Assembly (NCBI GenBank): GCA_035526225.1 | Contig: DATLCV010000013.1 | Location: 48,022 to 112,021 of the forward strand | Source: Mycobacteriales bacterium | GTDB taxonomy: Bacteria > Actinomycetota > Actinomycetes > Mycobacteriales > SCTD01 | Direction: 5' to 3' | DNA length: 64,000 bases | Shown here: positions 26,857-37,512 of the stretch, piece after piece | Numbering within the stretch: the first letter of the stretch is position 1 | Layout of the letters: each line of letters begins with the position of its first letter | Position numbers and translations under genes: made by a program | Notes under the pieces: generated by a model | Told to the model about the DNA's origin: nothing | Databases searched by the model: none | The model's input: the letters and a program-made list of their open reading frames with translations, nothing else

Positions 26857-27444
26857 GTGCCCTCGCGTCGTCTCGTGCTCGCCTCCGCCTCCCCGGCGCG
26901 GCTGCGGCTGCTGCGTGACGCCGGGCTGAGCCCAGAGGTCGTCGTCAGCGGCGTCGACGAGCAGGACGTGACCGGCACGCCGCGTGAGGTCGTGCTGGAG
27001 CTGGCTACCCGCAAGGCCCAGGCGGTCGCGTGCGGCGTCGACGACGCGCTCGTCGTCGGGTGCGACTCGCTGCTGGAGCTCGACGGCGCGGCGCTGGGCA
27101 AGCCGGCGTCCGCTGATGAGGCCGTCGCGCGCTGGCAGGCCATGCGCGGCAGGTCCGGGGTGCTGCACACGGGTCACTGCGTGGTCGACACGGCCACCGG
27201 CGCCTCGGCCGGCGAGGTGGCGTCCACCGTCGTCCGCTTCGGCACCCCCTCCGACGAAGAGGTGCAGGCGTACGTCGCCAGCGGCGAGCCGCTGCACGTC
27301 GCCGGGGCCTTCACGCTGGACGGGCGCTCGGCCCCGTTCCTGGCCGGCATCGAGGGTGACGCCGGCAACGTCATCGGCCTTTCCCTACCGCTGCTCCGTG
27401 CCCTTCTCGCGAAGCTCGACGTGTCCTTGGTCGACCTGTGGTGA
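26857..27444 (+). CDS. maf: Maf-like nucleoside triphosphate pyrophosphatase
   Basis: [41 protein letters not shown] motifs. Confidence 0.9.
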   Translation: MPSRRLVLASASPARLRLLRDAGLSPEVVVSGVDEQDVTGTPREVVLELATRKAQAVACGVDDALVVGCDSLLELDGAALGKPASADEAVARWQAMRGRSGVLHTGHCVVDTATGASAGEVASTVVRFGTPSDEEVQAYVASGEPLHVAGAFTLDGRSAPFLAGIEGDAGNVIGLSLPLLRALLAKLDVSLVDLW

Positions 27445-28613
27445 GCAGGAGGAGCGAGCCGAGGAACGAGCCGAGCGACGGGCGATCTGCGCTGGTGACC
27501 GCCGCGCTGAAGGTCGGACCGATCGAGGTCGACCCGCCGGTGGTGCTCGCCCCGATGGCCGGCGTGACGAACGCGGCGTTCCGGACGCTGTGCCGCTCCT
27601 TCGGCGCGGGCCTGTTCGTCAGCGAGATGGTCTCCGCCCGCGCCTTGTGCGAGGACAACGGCCGCACCCGTCAGATGGTCGCGTTCCACGACGACGAGGA
27701 CGTTCGCTCGGTCCAGCTCTACGGCGTGGACCCGCACTGGGTCGGCGAGGCCGTCCGGCGGGTCGTCGACCTCGGCGCGCACCACGTCGACCTCAACGCC
27801 GGGTGCCCGTCGCCCAAGGTCACCCGCCGCGGCGGCGGTGCCGCGCTGCCGGCCCACCACGTGCTGTTCGGCAACGTGGTGCAGGCTGCTGTGCGCGCCG
27901 CCGGACCGGTCCCGGTCACGGTGAAGATGCGCATGGGGCTGCATGACGAGGCGCTCACCTACCTCGAAGCGGCGGCTGCTGCGGCCGACGCGGGCGCCGC
28001 GGCCATCGCTCTGCACGCGCGCACGGCGGAGCAGCTCTACAGCGGCCGGGCCGATTGGTCGGCGATCAGCCGCCTGAAGGAGGCCGTCACGACCGTGCCC
28101 GTGCTGGGCAACGGTGACGTGTGGACCGGCGCCGACGCCGTGCGCATGATCGCCGAGACCGGCTGCGACGGGGTGGTGGTCGGGCGGGGGTGCCTCGGTC
28201 GACCCTGGCTGTTCCGTGAGCTCGCGGACGCGTTCGCCGGGCGCCCGGTGCTGCCTCCCCCTGCGCTCGGCGCGGTAGCCGACGTGATGCGCCGTCACGC
28301 CGAGCTGCTCGTGGGCCTGTTCGACGACGAGCGGTACGCCATGCGCGACTTCCGCAAGCACACCGGCTGGTACCTCACCGGCTACGCCGTCGGCGGGGAG
28401 AAGCGGCGGCTGCTCGGCCTCGTGTCGTCGCTGGCCGAGCTCGACGAGCTGCTCGACCAGCTCGACCCGCACGCCGTGCTCCCGCCGGGGCACGAGAACC
28501 TCCCCCGCGGCCACCTGTCCGGTCCGAAGCCGGTGGCGCTGCCGGAGGGCTGGATGCAGACCCGTGAGGACCCCACGCCCCCCAGCGGCGCGGACCGCGC
28601 GTACTGCGGCTGA
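27438..28613 (+). CDS. dus: tRNA-dihydrouridine synthase
   Basis: [38 protein letters not shown] motifs. The start overlaps the maf stop. Confidence 0.9.
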   Translation: MVSRRSEPRNEPSDGRSALVTAALKVGPIEVDPPVVLAPMAGVTNAAFRTLCRSFGAGLFVSEMVSARALCEDNGRTRQMVAFHDDEDVRSVQLYGVDPHWVGEAVRRVVDLGAHHVDLNAGCPSPKVTRRGGGAALPAHHVLFGNVVQAAVRAAGPVPVTVKMRMGLHDEALTYLEAAAAAADAGAAAIALHARTAEQLYSGRADWSAISRLKEAVTTVPVLGNGDVWTGADAVRMIAETGCDGVVVGRGCLGRPWLFRELADAFAGRPVLPPPALGAVADVMRRHAELLVGLFDDERYAMRDFRKHTGWYLTGYAVGGEKRRLLGLVSSLAELDELLDQLDPHAVLPPGHENLPRGHLSGPKPVALPEGWMQTREDPTPPSGADRAYCG

Positions 28614-28638
28614 CCCCCGGAGGGGGTACGGCGGGTGC

Positions 28639-30570
28639 TCAGGCCTCGCGGTGCTCGCGGGCCTCGGCCTGGTCCGGAGCACCAGCGGGTGGCTCGGTGG
28701 GTTGGGGCTCGAGCCGTGCCATCAGCTCCACGACCTCGCGCGCGACGTCCTGGGCTGTCAGCCCGGCCTCGGCGAGGACCTCGGCGCGGGAGCCGTGGTC
28801 GAGGAACGCCGGCGGGATGCCGAGGTCGCGCGCAGGCACGTCGACGCCGGCTGTGCGCAGCGCCTGTGAGATGCGCGCGCCCACCCCGCTCACACGGCTG
28901 TTGTCCTCGACGGTGACGACGAGGCGGTGCCGGGCGGCCAGCGCGGTGAGCTCGGCGGGCACGGGCACGACCCAGCGGGGGTCCACCACGGTGGCCGAGA
29001 TCCCCTGTGCCGCAACGCGATCGGCCACCTCCAGGGCGAGGCGTGCCATCGCTCCGACACCCACGAGCAGCACATCAGCGCCGTCGCGCAGCACGTCGAC
29101 CCCACCCTCTCGCCGTACGGCGGGCAGGTCGTCGCCCACGGCGCCGCGCGGGAAGCGGACCACGGTCGGCCCGTCGCCCACCGCCACGGCCTCACGCAGC
29201 TCCTCACGCAGCGTGGCTCCGTCGCGGGGTGCCGCGATGCGGATACCGGGGACGACCTGCAGCAGCGACAGGTCCCACATGCCGTTGTGCGAGGCACCGT
29301 CCTCACCGGTGACCCCGGCGCGGTCGAGCACGAACGTGACGGGGAGCCGGTGCAGTGCGACGTCCATCAGCGCCTGGTCGAAGGCGCGGTTGAGGAAGGT
29401 GGCGTAGATGCACACCACGGGGTGCATCCCGCCCATCGCCAAGCCGGCGGCGGAGGTGACCGCGTGCTGCTCGGCGATGCCGACGTCGAAAGTGCGCCCC
29501 GGGAAGGCCTCCGAGAACTTCTGCAGCCCCACCGGCTGGAGCATGGCGGCCGTGAGCGCGACGACGTCCGGCCGCTCCTCGCCGAGCAGCACGAGCTCAT
29601 CGGCCAGCACGCTGGTCCAGCTGCGCGCGCCCGCAGTCAGCGCCTTGCCGGTCAGCGGGTCGGTGTCGGGCCCCACGCTGTGCAGGCAGTCCGCCTCGTC
29701 GTCGACGGCCGGCTGGTAGCCGAACCCCTTCACGGTGACCGCGTGCACGATCACCGGTCCGCCGAAGTCACGCGCCTTGCGCAGCGCGTTCTCCATGGCC
29801 TGCTCGTCGTGACCGTCGATGGGACCGACGTACTTCAGACCGAGGTCCTCGAAGAGCACCTGGGGCTGAACGAGGTCCTTGATCCCCTTCTTCAGCCCGT
29901 GCAGGGCGGTGTAGACCGTCGGACCCACGACCGGGGTGCCCTGCAGCGTGGTCTTGACGCGCTCGAGGGTGCGCTCGTAGCCCTGGGTCATCCGCAGCGC
30001 GGCCAGGTGCGCGGCGAGCCCACCGATGGTGGGGCCGTAGGAGCGGCCGTTGTCGTTCACCACCACCACGACCGGCAGGTCACGGGCGGCGATGTTGTTC
30101 AGCGCCTCCCAGCACATGCCACCCGTCAGGGCGCCGTCGCCCACGACAGCGACCACGTGCCGCCGCTCACCCCGCAGGGCGAACGCCTTGGAAAGCCCGT
30201 CGGCGTAGGACAGCGCGGTGGAGGCGTGGGAGTTCTCGATGACGTCGTGCTCGGACTCGGCGCGGGACGGGTAGCCGGACAGGCCGCCCCTCTTGCGCAA
30301 CGCCTCGAAGCCCTTTGCCCGGCCGGTGACGAGCTTGTGCACGTAGGCCTGGTGACCGGTGTCCCACAGGACCTTGTCACGTGGGCTGTCGAACACGCGG
30401 TGCAGCGCCAGCGTGATCTCGACGACGCCGAGCGAAGGCCCGAGGTGACCACCTGTCTTGGAGACCTTCTCGATGAGGAAGTCACGGATCTCCGCAGCGA
30501 GCGCAGGCAGCTGCGCGGCGGGCAGCCGACGGAGGTCCTCGGGCCCACCGATGGTGTCGAGCAGGCTCAC
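28639..30570 (-). CDS. dxs: 1-deoxy-D-xylulose-5-phosphate synthase
   Basis: [32 protein letters not shown], and the transketolase-like C-terminal half. GTG 30570 is preceded by GAGGAG. Confidence 0.95.
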   Translation of the reverse strand: MSLLDTIGGPEDLRRLPAAQLPALAAEIRDFLIEKVSKTGGHLGPSLGVVEITLALHRVFDSPRDKVLWDTGHQAYVHKLVTGRAKGFEALRKRGGLSGYPSRAESEHDVIENSHASTALSYADGLSKAFALRGERRHVVAVVGDGALTGGMCWEALNNIAARDLPVVVVVNDNGRSYGPTIGGLAAHLAALRMTQGYERTLERVKTTLQGTPVVGPTVYTALHGLKKGIKDLVQPQVLFEDLGLKYVGPIDGHDEQAMENALRKARDFGGPVIVHAVTVKGFGYQPAVDDEADCLHSVGPDTDPLTGKALTAGARSWTSVLADELVLLGEERPDVVALTAAMLQPVGLQKFSEAFPGRTFDVGIAEQHAVTSAAGLAMGGMHPVVCIYATFLNRAFDQALMDVALHRLPVTFVLDRAGVTGEDGASHNGMWDLSLLQVVPGIRIAAPRDGATLREELREAVAVGDGPTVVRFPRGAVGDDLPAVRREGGVDVLRDGADVLLVGVGAMARLALEVADRVAAQGISATVVDPRWVVPVPAELTALAARHRLVVTVEDNSRVSGVGARISQALRTAGVDVPARDLGIPPAFLDHGSRAEVLAEAGLTAQDVAREVVELMARLEPQPTEPPAGAPDQAEAREHREA

Positions 30571-30636
30571 TCTGGCTCCTCTTCGGCTCGCCCCCATCCT
30601 AGATCGGGCTCCGTTCCACCAGGGTCACGGCCGCCG

Positions 30637-31005
30637 TCACAGCCGTGGGACCCAGCGCTCGCCGCGCAGTGCGGCCTCGACCAGGGCGACGGCCCGGCCG
30701 ACCTGGACCAGCCGGCGCCCCTCGCGGTCGTAGGCACCCAGCACGGCCTCCACCACCTCCGGGGTGACCACCTCGCGCAGCTCGGACCGGGCGGTGCGTA
30801 TCCCCTGGCGTGCGGCCTCCACGGCAGCCTCCACGTGGCCGCGCGCGAACCGCGCGAGCACGACCGGGTGGGCGCGCAGCACGTCGTGGGCACGGTAGTC
30901 CGGCGGGCACTGGTCGAACAGCCACGACACCGCCGTGCGCTCCCAGTCCGGCGCCTGGGGCGGCAGCACCTCGGCCGGCCACCCGGGCGGAACGCGCTCG
31001 GTCAC
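30637..31005 (-). CDS. hypothetical protein
   Basis: 122 aa, coding-like, lying between glpD and dxs. No recognised domain. Confidence 0.55.
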   Translation of the reverse strand: MTERVPPGWPAEVLPPQAPDWERTAVSWLFDQCPPDYRAHDVLRAHPVVLARFARGHVEAAVEAARQGIRTARSELREVVTPEVVEAVLGAYDREGRRLVQVGRAVALVEAALRGERWVPRL

Positions 31006-31023
31006 ACCACTGCGCTCAGGGGT

Positions 31024-32526
31024 TCAGGCACGCCCACCAGCGTGCACCTCGGCCACGCAGCGCTCCACCACGGGTGCGGCCGCGGCGGCCCAGCGTTCTA
31101 CGAGGGACAGCCGCGTGCGCCGCTCGAGCAGGTCCTGCGCGCACAGCGCACCCTCGGCGACGAGCCCCCACACGAGCTCGACACCGAGCACTGGCGCCTC
31201 GGGGACGACCGGCTCGAGCAACGACGGGTTGCCTGCGGCGAGCTCGGCGACGTCCGCCGCCTCGCTGCCGTAGCGGCGCACCAGCCGTGGCGGGATCGGC
31301 CTGTCCGGGCGGCGCACCTGCCCGGCACCGACCAGTGGCAGCGTCGTGGTGCGGCAGGGCACGTCGGTGAGCAGGTCGACGGCGTCCTGCGCCATCTGCC
31401 GGTACGTCGTGAGCTTGCCGCCCAGGACCGTCAGCAGGCCGTCGTCCAGCGTCACCAGGTGACGTCGGCTGAGGTCGGCGGTGCGTCCGTGCTCACCCGC
31501 CACGAGGGGGCGGACCCCGGCGTAGGTGCCGAGGACGTCGGCCCGCGACAGCGGCCTCTCCAGCCCGCGGTTGAGGGTGTCCAGCAGGAAAGCGATCTCG
31601 TGCTCCTCGGCCCGCGGCACCTCGGGCAGGGGGCCCTCGACCGGGTCGTCGGTCAGTCCGACGTAGACGAGCCCGTCGGGGTGCGGCAGGGCGAAGACGT
31701 AGCGGTTGGGGTGGTCGGGCACCGGGACGGTCATCGAGGCGGTCGGCAGGCCCAGTGCCGCCGCGTCGAGCACGAGGTGCACGCCCTTGCTCGGCTGCAG
31801 CCGCACCCCGGGCGTAAGAGTGTCGGCCCAGGCACCGGTGGCGTTGACGACCGTCGTCGCCCGGGCCTCGAGCGACGCCCCGGTCAGCTGGTCGGTGAGG
31901 CGGCCCTCGCCGTCGTACCGGACGCGGGTGAGCACGCTCGCACCGAGCGCGGCAGCGCTCCTTGCCAGCGCCACGACAAGACGGGCGTCGTCCTCGAGCT
32001 GGCCGTCCCAGTTGAGCAGTCCCCCGCGCAGGCCGTCGCGCCGCACGCCGGGCACGAGGCGCTGGGTCTCCACGCGGCCCAGGCGGCGCGGTGGCGGCAG
32101 GACCGCGGCGGAGGTGCGCGCCGCGCGGCGCAGCACGTCGGCGGCACGGTGCCCGGCGTCGACGAGCAGGCCGGCACGCACGTCGACGTCGGCGCCGAGC
32201 GGCACGACCATCGGCAGCGGGCGCACGAGGTGCGGCGCAGTCGTCGTCATCAGCGTGCGCCGCTCGCGGGCGGACTCCCAGGCCAGGCCGACGTCGCCCG
32301 TGGCGAGGTAGCGCAGGCCCCCGTGCACGAGCTTGCTGCTCCACCGGCTGGTGCCGAAGGCGAGGTCGTCCTTCTCCACGAGGGCGACGGACAGTCCGCG
32401 GCTCGCGGCATCCAGCGCGATGCCGCACCCGGTCACGCCGCCGCCCACCACGAGCACGTCGACGCGCTCCCGGGACAGCGCGTCGAGCTCGCGCTCGCGG
32501 CGGGCCGCGGTCAGCCGCGAGCTCAT
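31024..32526 (-). CDS. glpD: FAD-dependent glycerol-3-phosphate dehydrogenase
   Basis: VLVVGGGVTGCGIALDAASRG, GTSRWSSKLVHGGLRY, and a GlpD-type C-terminal domain. Confidence 0.9.
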   Translation of the reverse strand: MSSRLTAARRERELDALSRERVDVLVVGGGVTGCGIALDAASRGLSVALVEKDDLAFGTSRWSSKLVHGGLRYLATGDVGLAWESARERRTLMTTTAPHLVRPLPMVVPLGADVDVRAGLLVDAGHRAADVLRRAARTSAAVLPPPRRLGRVETQRLVPGVRRDGLRGGLLNWDGQLEDDARLVVALARSAAALGASVLTRVRYDGEGRLTDQLTGASLEARATTVVNATGAWADTLTPGVRLQPSKGVHLVLDAAALGLPTASMTVPVPDHPNRYVFALPHPDGLVYVGLTDDPVEGPLPEVPRAEEHEIAFLLDTLNRGLERPLSRADVLGTYAGVRPLVAGEHGRTADLSRRHLVTLDDGLLTVLGGKLTTYRQMAQDAVDLLTDVPCRTTTLPLVGAGQVRRPDRPIPPRLVRRYGSEAADVAELAAGNPSLLEPVVPEAPVLGVELVWGLVAEGALCAQDLLERRTRLSLVERWAAAAAPVVERCVAEVHAGGRA

Positions 32527-33104
32527 CGCAGGTAGCCGTCGAGCATCGGTCGCAGCTCGGCGAGCGTGGCGTCGTCCACCAGCCGGGCGCTGAACACGAA
32601 GGACTGGCAGGTGAGGAGCACCGCGGTCGCCATCCGCTCCGGGTCGCCCGCGCGCACCGACCCGTCGCTCTGGCCCTCCCGGACCTGCCCGGCGACGAGC
32701 TCGAGGGCAGCGCGCTGCGTGGAGCCGAAGCGGTCGACGACCAGCGGCAGCAGCATCTCCGGGTCGAGGTCGAGCACCCGGCGGTACACGTCGTTGCTGT
32801 CCACCCGCCCGACCACGAGCAGCGCGGCGGCGACCAGCCGCTCACGGGCGGTCGGCAGGGGGCGCACCTCGGTGTCGACGGCCTCGAAGACCTCGAGCAG
32901 CTCGCGGGTGAGCAGCGCCGAGACCAAGGTCTGCAGGTCGGCGTACTGCCGGTAGACGGTCATGCGTGACACGCCCGCACGCCGCGCGACGTCGGCCAGC
33001 GTGGTGCGGCGCAGCCCGACGTCCAGGACGCACTCGCGTGCGGCGTCCAGCAGGGGGGTGCCACGCCGCTCCGTTCCCTCAGCGGTGTGACGTTGAGACG
33101 TCAT
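32523..33104 (-). CDS. TetR family transcriptional regulator
   Basis: N-terminal HTH TTLADVARRAGVSRMTVYRQY. The stop overlaps the glpD start. Confidence 0.85.
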   Translation of the reverse strand: MTSQRHTAEGTERRGTPLLDAARECVLDVGLRRTTLADVARRAGVSRMTVYRQYADLQTLVSALLTRELLEVFEAVDTEVRPLPTARERLVAAALLVVGRVDSNDVYRRVLDLDPEMLLPLVVDRFGSTQRAALELVAGQVREGQSDGSVRAGDPERMATAVLLTCQSFVFSARLVDDATLAELRPMLDGYLR

Positions 33105-33121
33105 GTGTCACACTGTATCCC

Positions 33122-34666
33122 ATGACCCGCGAGATGGCTCCTACCGGCTGGGGGGACCCGGCCCGGCGTACCGGATTGCCGCCTGAGGCGACGGCGTGGT
33201 TGCAGTCCCGCGTGGGCTCGACGACGCCCGCCTCCCCCGCCCCCCTGGCGGTGCTGCCGCCCTCCCGTCTCGACCCGGTGCAGCGCGCCGCCCTGGCAGC
33301 CACCGGCGCCGACGTGCGCATCGACGACGACACCCGGGTGCGGGACGCCGCCGGCCGGTCCTACCTCGACCTGCTCGCGCTGCGCTCCGGCGCCTTCGAC
33401 GTGCCCGACGCCGTCGTGGAGCCCACTGCCGAGCAGGTGGGGTCGGTGCTCACGGCCTGCGCCGAGCACGGGGTCGCGGTCGTCCCCTTCGGCGGTGGCA
33501 CCTCCGTCGTCGGCGGGGTGGCCCCCCTGCGGGGTGAGCACCGGGCCGTGATCGCGTTGGACCTGCGCCGGCTCGACCGGTTGCTCGCGTTGTCGGAGAC
33601 CGACCGCACCGCCACTGTTGAAGCCGGGTTGCGCGGACCGGAGGCCGAGGCCCTGCTCAACGCCCGCGGCTACACCCTCGGGCACTTCCCGCAGTCGTAC
33701 GAGCACGCCACCCTCGGCGGCTACGCCGCCACCCGCTCGGCCGGGCAGGCCTCGACGGGCTACGGCCGGTTCGACGCGCTCGTCGTCGGGCTCACCCTCG
33801 TGAGCCCCCGCGGCGAGCTGGTGCTCGGTCGTGGCGCGGCCAGTGCGGCCGGACCTGACCTGCGCCAGCTGGTGCTCGGCTCCGAGGGGGTGTTCGGCGT
33901 CATCACGTCTGTCACCGTGAAGGTGCGCCCGCTACCGGCCGTGAAGCGCTACGACGCCTGGCTCGTGCGCTCCTGGGAGGACGGCATCGCCCAGCTGCGC
34001 CGGCTCGAGCAGGGCGGCGTGGTGCCCGACGTGGCACGGCTGTCCGACCCCGACGAGACAGCGGTGTCGCTGCGGCTGTCGGCGCCGAAGGCGGTCCAGC
34101 TGATGGCCAAGGGCCGCTGCCTGCTCGTCCTCGGCTGGGAGGGCACGGAAGCATCCGTGGCCGCCCGGCGTAGGGCGTCGAAGGTCAAGGGCCTCCCCCT
34201 GCCGGGCGCGGGCTCGAAGTGGGAGCACGGCCGGTACGACGGGCCGTACCTGCGCGACGACCTGCTCGACGGGGGGTTCCTCGTGGAGACCCTCGAGACG
34301 TCGGCGGCGTGGTCGGGGCTCGAGACCACGTGGTCGGCCGTGCGCACCGCGCTGCAGGACGCCCTCGGCGAGTGCGTCGTGATGTGCCACGTGTCGCACC
34401 TGTACCCGCACGGGGCGTCGCTCTACTTCACAGTGCTCGGGGCCCGGGCTTCGGACGCGGCGGCCCAGTGGCAGCGGGCCAAGGACGCGGCGTGCGAGGC
34501 TCTCGTGGCCACAGGTGCGACGATCACCCACCACCACGCGGTGGGCACCGACCACCGGCGCTGGATGACCGACGAGGTGGGTCCCCTGGGCACCGAGGTG
34601 CTCCGGGCGGTGAAGCAGGTGCTGGACCCGTCGGGGATCCTCAACCCCGGCAAGACGATCCCGTAG
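33122..34666 (+). CDS. FAD-linked oxidase (alkyl-DHAP-synthase-like, Rv2251-like)
   Basis: FAD_binding_4 features (VVPFGGGTSVVGG) and the C-terminal tail GILNPGK. Same glpD/TetR/oxidase/DAGK order as Rv2249c-Rv2252 (from memory). Confidence 0.85.
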   Translation: MTREMAPTGWGDPARRTGLPPEATAWLQSRVGSTTPASPAPLAVLPPSRLDPVQRAALAATGADVRIDDDTRVRDAAGRSYLDLLALRSGAFDVPDAVVEPTAEQVGSVLTACAEHGVAVVPFGGGTSVVGGVAPLRGEHRAVIALDLRRLDRLLALSETDRTATVEAGLRGPEAEALLNARGYTLGHFPQSYEHATLGGYAATRSAGQASTGYGRFDALVVGLTLVSPRGELVLGRGAASAAGPDLRQLVLGSEGVFGVITSVTVKVRPLPAVKRYDAWLVRSWEDGIAQLRRLEQGGVVPDVARLSDPDETAVSLRLSAPKAVQLMAKGRCLLVLGWEGTEASVAARRRASKVKGLPLPGAGSKWEHGRYDGPYLRDDLLDGGFLVETLETSAAWSGLETTWSAVRTALQDALGECVVMCHVSHLYPHGASLYFTVLGARASDAAAQWQRAKDAACEALVATGATITHHHAVGTDHRRWMTDEVGPLGTEVLRAVKQVLDPSGILNPGKTIP

Positions 34667-34676
34667 AGGAGCAGGC

Positions 34677-35543
34677 GTGCGGCTGCAGCTGGTGGTCAAC
34701 CCCACGGCCGGTGGGGGGCGGGCGAGCAAGCTCCTGCCCGAGGTCGAGCGCGCCCTGGTCGCGCACGACCTGCTCGTCACGCCGACCCGCTCCCTCGAGC
34801 ACGCCGACGAGCTGACTGCCGCGGCCGTTGCCGACGGCCGTGTGGTCGTGGCCATGGGCGGCGACGGCCTGGTCGGTCGGGTTGCGGGCGCGGTCGCGGA
34901 GCACGGCGGCCTGATGGCCGTCGTACCAGGGGGAAGGGGCAACGACTTCGCGCGCATGGTCGGCATCCCCAAGGACGTCGCCGGTGCCTGCGCCGTCATC
35001 GCCGACGGGGTGGAGACGGCCGTGGACCTGGGCGACGTCGACGGTCACGTCTTCGTCGGCATCGCCTCGGTCGGCTTCGACAGCGAGGTGCAGGAGCGCG
35101 TGCTGCGCACCCGCGTCCCGCTCGGCCAGCTCGTCTACCTGTACGGCGCGTTGGCCACCGTCTTCTCCTGGAAGCACGCCCGGTTCACGGTGACCACCGA
35201 CGGCGCGACGGAGTCGTACTCCGGCTGGGCCGCCGCGGTGGCGAACTCCGGCTACTACGGCGGGGGCATGCGCGTCGCTCCGAGCGCGTCGGTCACCGAC
35301 GGCCTGCTCGACGTCGTGACCACCACAGCCACCTCGCGGCGGCACTTCCTGTCGACACTGCCCAAGGTGTTCAAGGGGACGCACGTGGACGACCCGTGCG
35401 TGGACATGCGCACCGCCACGACCGTGGAGATCTCGGCGGACCGGGCGTTCCGCGTCTTCGCCGACGGCGACCCGATCGGATCGCTGCCCTGCACGATCAC
35501 GATCCGCCCCGGCGCCCTGCGACTGATCCTCCCCCACACCTGA
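34677..35543 (+). CDS. diacylglycerol/lipid kinase (YegS/DagK family)
   Basis: VVNPTAGGGRA, MGGDGLVG, PGGRGNDFAR motifs. Confidence 0.85.
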   Translation: MRLQLVVNPTAGGGRASKLLPEVERALVAHDLLVTPTRSLEHADELTAAAVADGRVVVAMGGDGLVGRVAGAVAEHGGLMAVVPGGRGNDFARMVGIPKDVAGACAVIADGVETAVDLGDVDGHVFVGIASVGFDSEVQERVLRTRVPLGQLVYLYGALATVFSWKHARFTVTTDGATESYSGWAAAVANSGYYGGGMRVAPSASVTDGLLDVVTTTATSRRHFLSTLPKVFKGTHVDDPCVDMRTATTVEISADRAFRVFADGDPIGSLPCTITIRPGALRLILPHT

Positions 35544-35600
35544 ACGCCCTGGCAGCAAGAACGCGCGATCGGCTGGGCGAGCTGGTGCATGTCGCGGGTC

Positions 35601-36029
35601 TCAGGCGCTGGTCGTGCGGAGAGCGGCAGCACGATCGCGGGCCAACTGGGCGAAGAACGTCACCAGCGACACCCCTGCAACCGCGAAGTGCAGAACGACG
35701 TCAGTCGCGACGTTGGGAAAGTACAAGAGTCCGAGCGGCGTCCTGTCGATCAACGCCCACACCGACTCGGCAACGTTGCCGATCGCGTTCCCGGCAAGGA
35801 AGACCAACGCCCAGAGCGGTCTGGCCGCCGCTACGAACGCGATCGCCGCGAGCGATATCGCAGACACGGCATGCCAGCCGTTCCAGTCGATCACGAACTG
35901 CTTTGAGGTCAGTTCCGGCCCTGTTCGAAAGTCCGGGTTGATGATCAACCCGATGATGCCGAACACCAAGAAGAACACGCCGAGCCAGATCGAAGCTCGT
36001 TGTGCGAGGGCGCCGTTCCCGCCGGGCAT
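35601..36029 (-). CDS. DUF4383-like small membrane protein
   Basis: Four hydrophobic segments (WLGVFFLVFGIIGLI..., HAVSAISLAAIAF...). By eye it is noticeably less GC-rich than its neighbours. Confidence 0.65.
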   Translation of the reverse strand: MPGGNGALAQRASIWLGVFFLVFGIIGLIINPDFRTGPELTSKQFVIDWNGWHAVSAISLAAIAFVAAARPLWALVFLAGNAIGNVAESVWALIDRTPLGLLYFPNVATDVVLHFAVAGVSLVTFFAQLARDRAAALRTTSA

Positions 36030-36127
36030 GTCGGGAACCTACGCAGGCCTTCGTGCGCTGGCAACGAGGCTCCGACTGCGAGATACGCGCCTGCTCGGCA
36101 CTGGTCGATTCCACGGTTTGTTGCGGG

Positions 36128-37414
36128 TCAGGCGACGAGGGGTGGGTTGTGGCGGGTCCAGGGGTCGTGGTCGGTGAGCGCGGGCGGGGGTTCGGGGAGC
36201 CATGGGGTGTGCAGGTCGTGCAGGCCGACGGTGCCGCGGTGCCAGAGCACGTGGTGGCGGCGGCAGAGCAGCACGAGGTTCTGCACGCAGGTTGCGCCGC
36301 CGTCGGCGCGGTGGTCCAGGTGGTGCACGTCGCAGAACGAGGGGGGTCGGGTGCAGCCCTTGGCGACGCACTGGCGGTCGCGGGCGCTGACCGCCCGTCG
36401 TTGGGCGGGGGTGATCTGGTCGGTGAGGCTGTGCAGGGCTTGCACCTGTCCGGTGGTGTCGAGCAGCACCCGGCTGATCCGGGCGTCGCACAGCACGGCT
36501 TCGAGGCGGGTGCGGGTCTGCGGCCCGGTCCACGCTCCGCCGGCGGCGTGCTGGGACAGGCCCAGCGGGTGCGCCCCGTTCGTCGTGAGGGTTTCGTGCA
36601 GGGAGGCCGGGGCGTGGCCGGCGGCCCAGGCGCTGCTGATGACGTAGCTGAGCTGCGGGCGCTGGCCGCCGGCGTGGGGCAGGTCCATCCAGGCGCTGGC
36701 AGCGGTGAAGACCTCGACGAGGGCGTCGGCGCGGCGCTGACCGGCGCTGCGCGGGTCGGCGAGCTCCTGTCGGCGCGCCAAGGGCTCCAGCACGGTCAGC
36801 ACCGCTTCGGCGTCTTCGTTGGCGAGCAGGAAGCTGCCGTGCACCGTGCCGTCGGGGTCGGTGCGCAGCTGCAGGTACCGGCGCTCGTGGGCCTTGGCCT
36901 GGTCGGCCTCCAGCGCGGGTTCGCAGTGGGTGGCGATCAGGTGCGCCACGAGCTTGCCGAGGGCTTCGGTGTGCAGCGGGCGGGTGACCTGCACGAGCTG
37001 GGTCTGGGAGTCCTGCAGGTCGGCGAGGGCGATGCGCCCGTGCAGCCGGGCTAGCCCGCGGGCCTGCGCCGGCGCGAGGTCGCCGGCGAGCACGGCGGCG
37101 TTGATCACGGGCAGGTCGCGCAGCACGCTGGCGTGCCGCAGCTGCGCACCGGCCTGCGCACCGGTGAGCACGGCGGCATCGCGCCACCAGTGCTGCACCG
37201 GCCGGTACAGCGCCGGGCCGTCGCTGCCGGGGTTGGCGACCACGACCCCGTCGTGCCGGATGGCGAGCTCACTCAGGGTGCTGTGCAGGTGGCCGGTGAG
37301 CCGCCCGACCGCCCGGTGCACCGCAAGGGCGTGCTGCTGCAGCCCGACCTGGTCCAGGGCGGCCAGGTCGGTGCGCAGCAGCGCCTCGACCAGCTCCTCG
37401 ACCTCTGCGGACAT
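36128..37414 (-). CDS. DUF222 domain HNH endonuclease (REP13E12-like family)
   Basis: C-terminal HNH motif CVAKGCTRPPSFCDVHHLDHRADGG...NLVLLCRRHHVLWH. The long N-terminal helical DUF222-like region resembles the mycobacterial 13E12-repeat proteins. Confidence 0.85.
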   Translation of the reverse strand: MSAEVEELVEALLRTDLAALDQVGLQQHALAVHRAVGRLTGHLHSTLSELAIRHDGVVVANPGSDGPALYRPVQHWWRDAAVLTGAQAGAQLRHASVLRDLPVINAAVLAGDLAPAQARGLARLHGRIALADLQDSQTQLVQVTRPLHTEALGKLVAHLIATHCEPALEADQAKAHERRYLQLRTDPDGTVHGSFLLANEDAEAVLTVLEPLARRQELADPRSAGQRRADALVEVFTAASAWMDLPHAGGQRPQLSYVISSAWAAGHAPASLHETLTTNGAHPLGLSQHAAGGAWTGPQTRTRLEAVLCDARISRVLLDTTGQVQALHSLTDQITPAQRRAVSARDRQCVAKGCTRPPSFCDVHHLDHRADGGATCVQNLVLLCRRHHVLWHRGTVGLHDLHTPWLPEPPPALTDHDPWTRHNPPLVA

Positions 37415-37512
37415 GACCAGAGCCTATGACCCAACCATGACAGTATCCCTTTGTTTGCAGGCGATGTGGACACATCTGCGCATCCACAGCTGCGCGACGA
37501 AAGGGTCAGACC

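Noticed and set aside
28927-32535. 1202 aa plus-strand ORF, the longest in the track.
   Set aside because: It runs antisense to dxs, the 30637 ORF and glpD, all of which have unmistakable family motifs. Its product is Arg/Gly/His/Pro-rich with no motif. Such stop-free antisense frames are expected in very GC-rich DNA.
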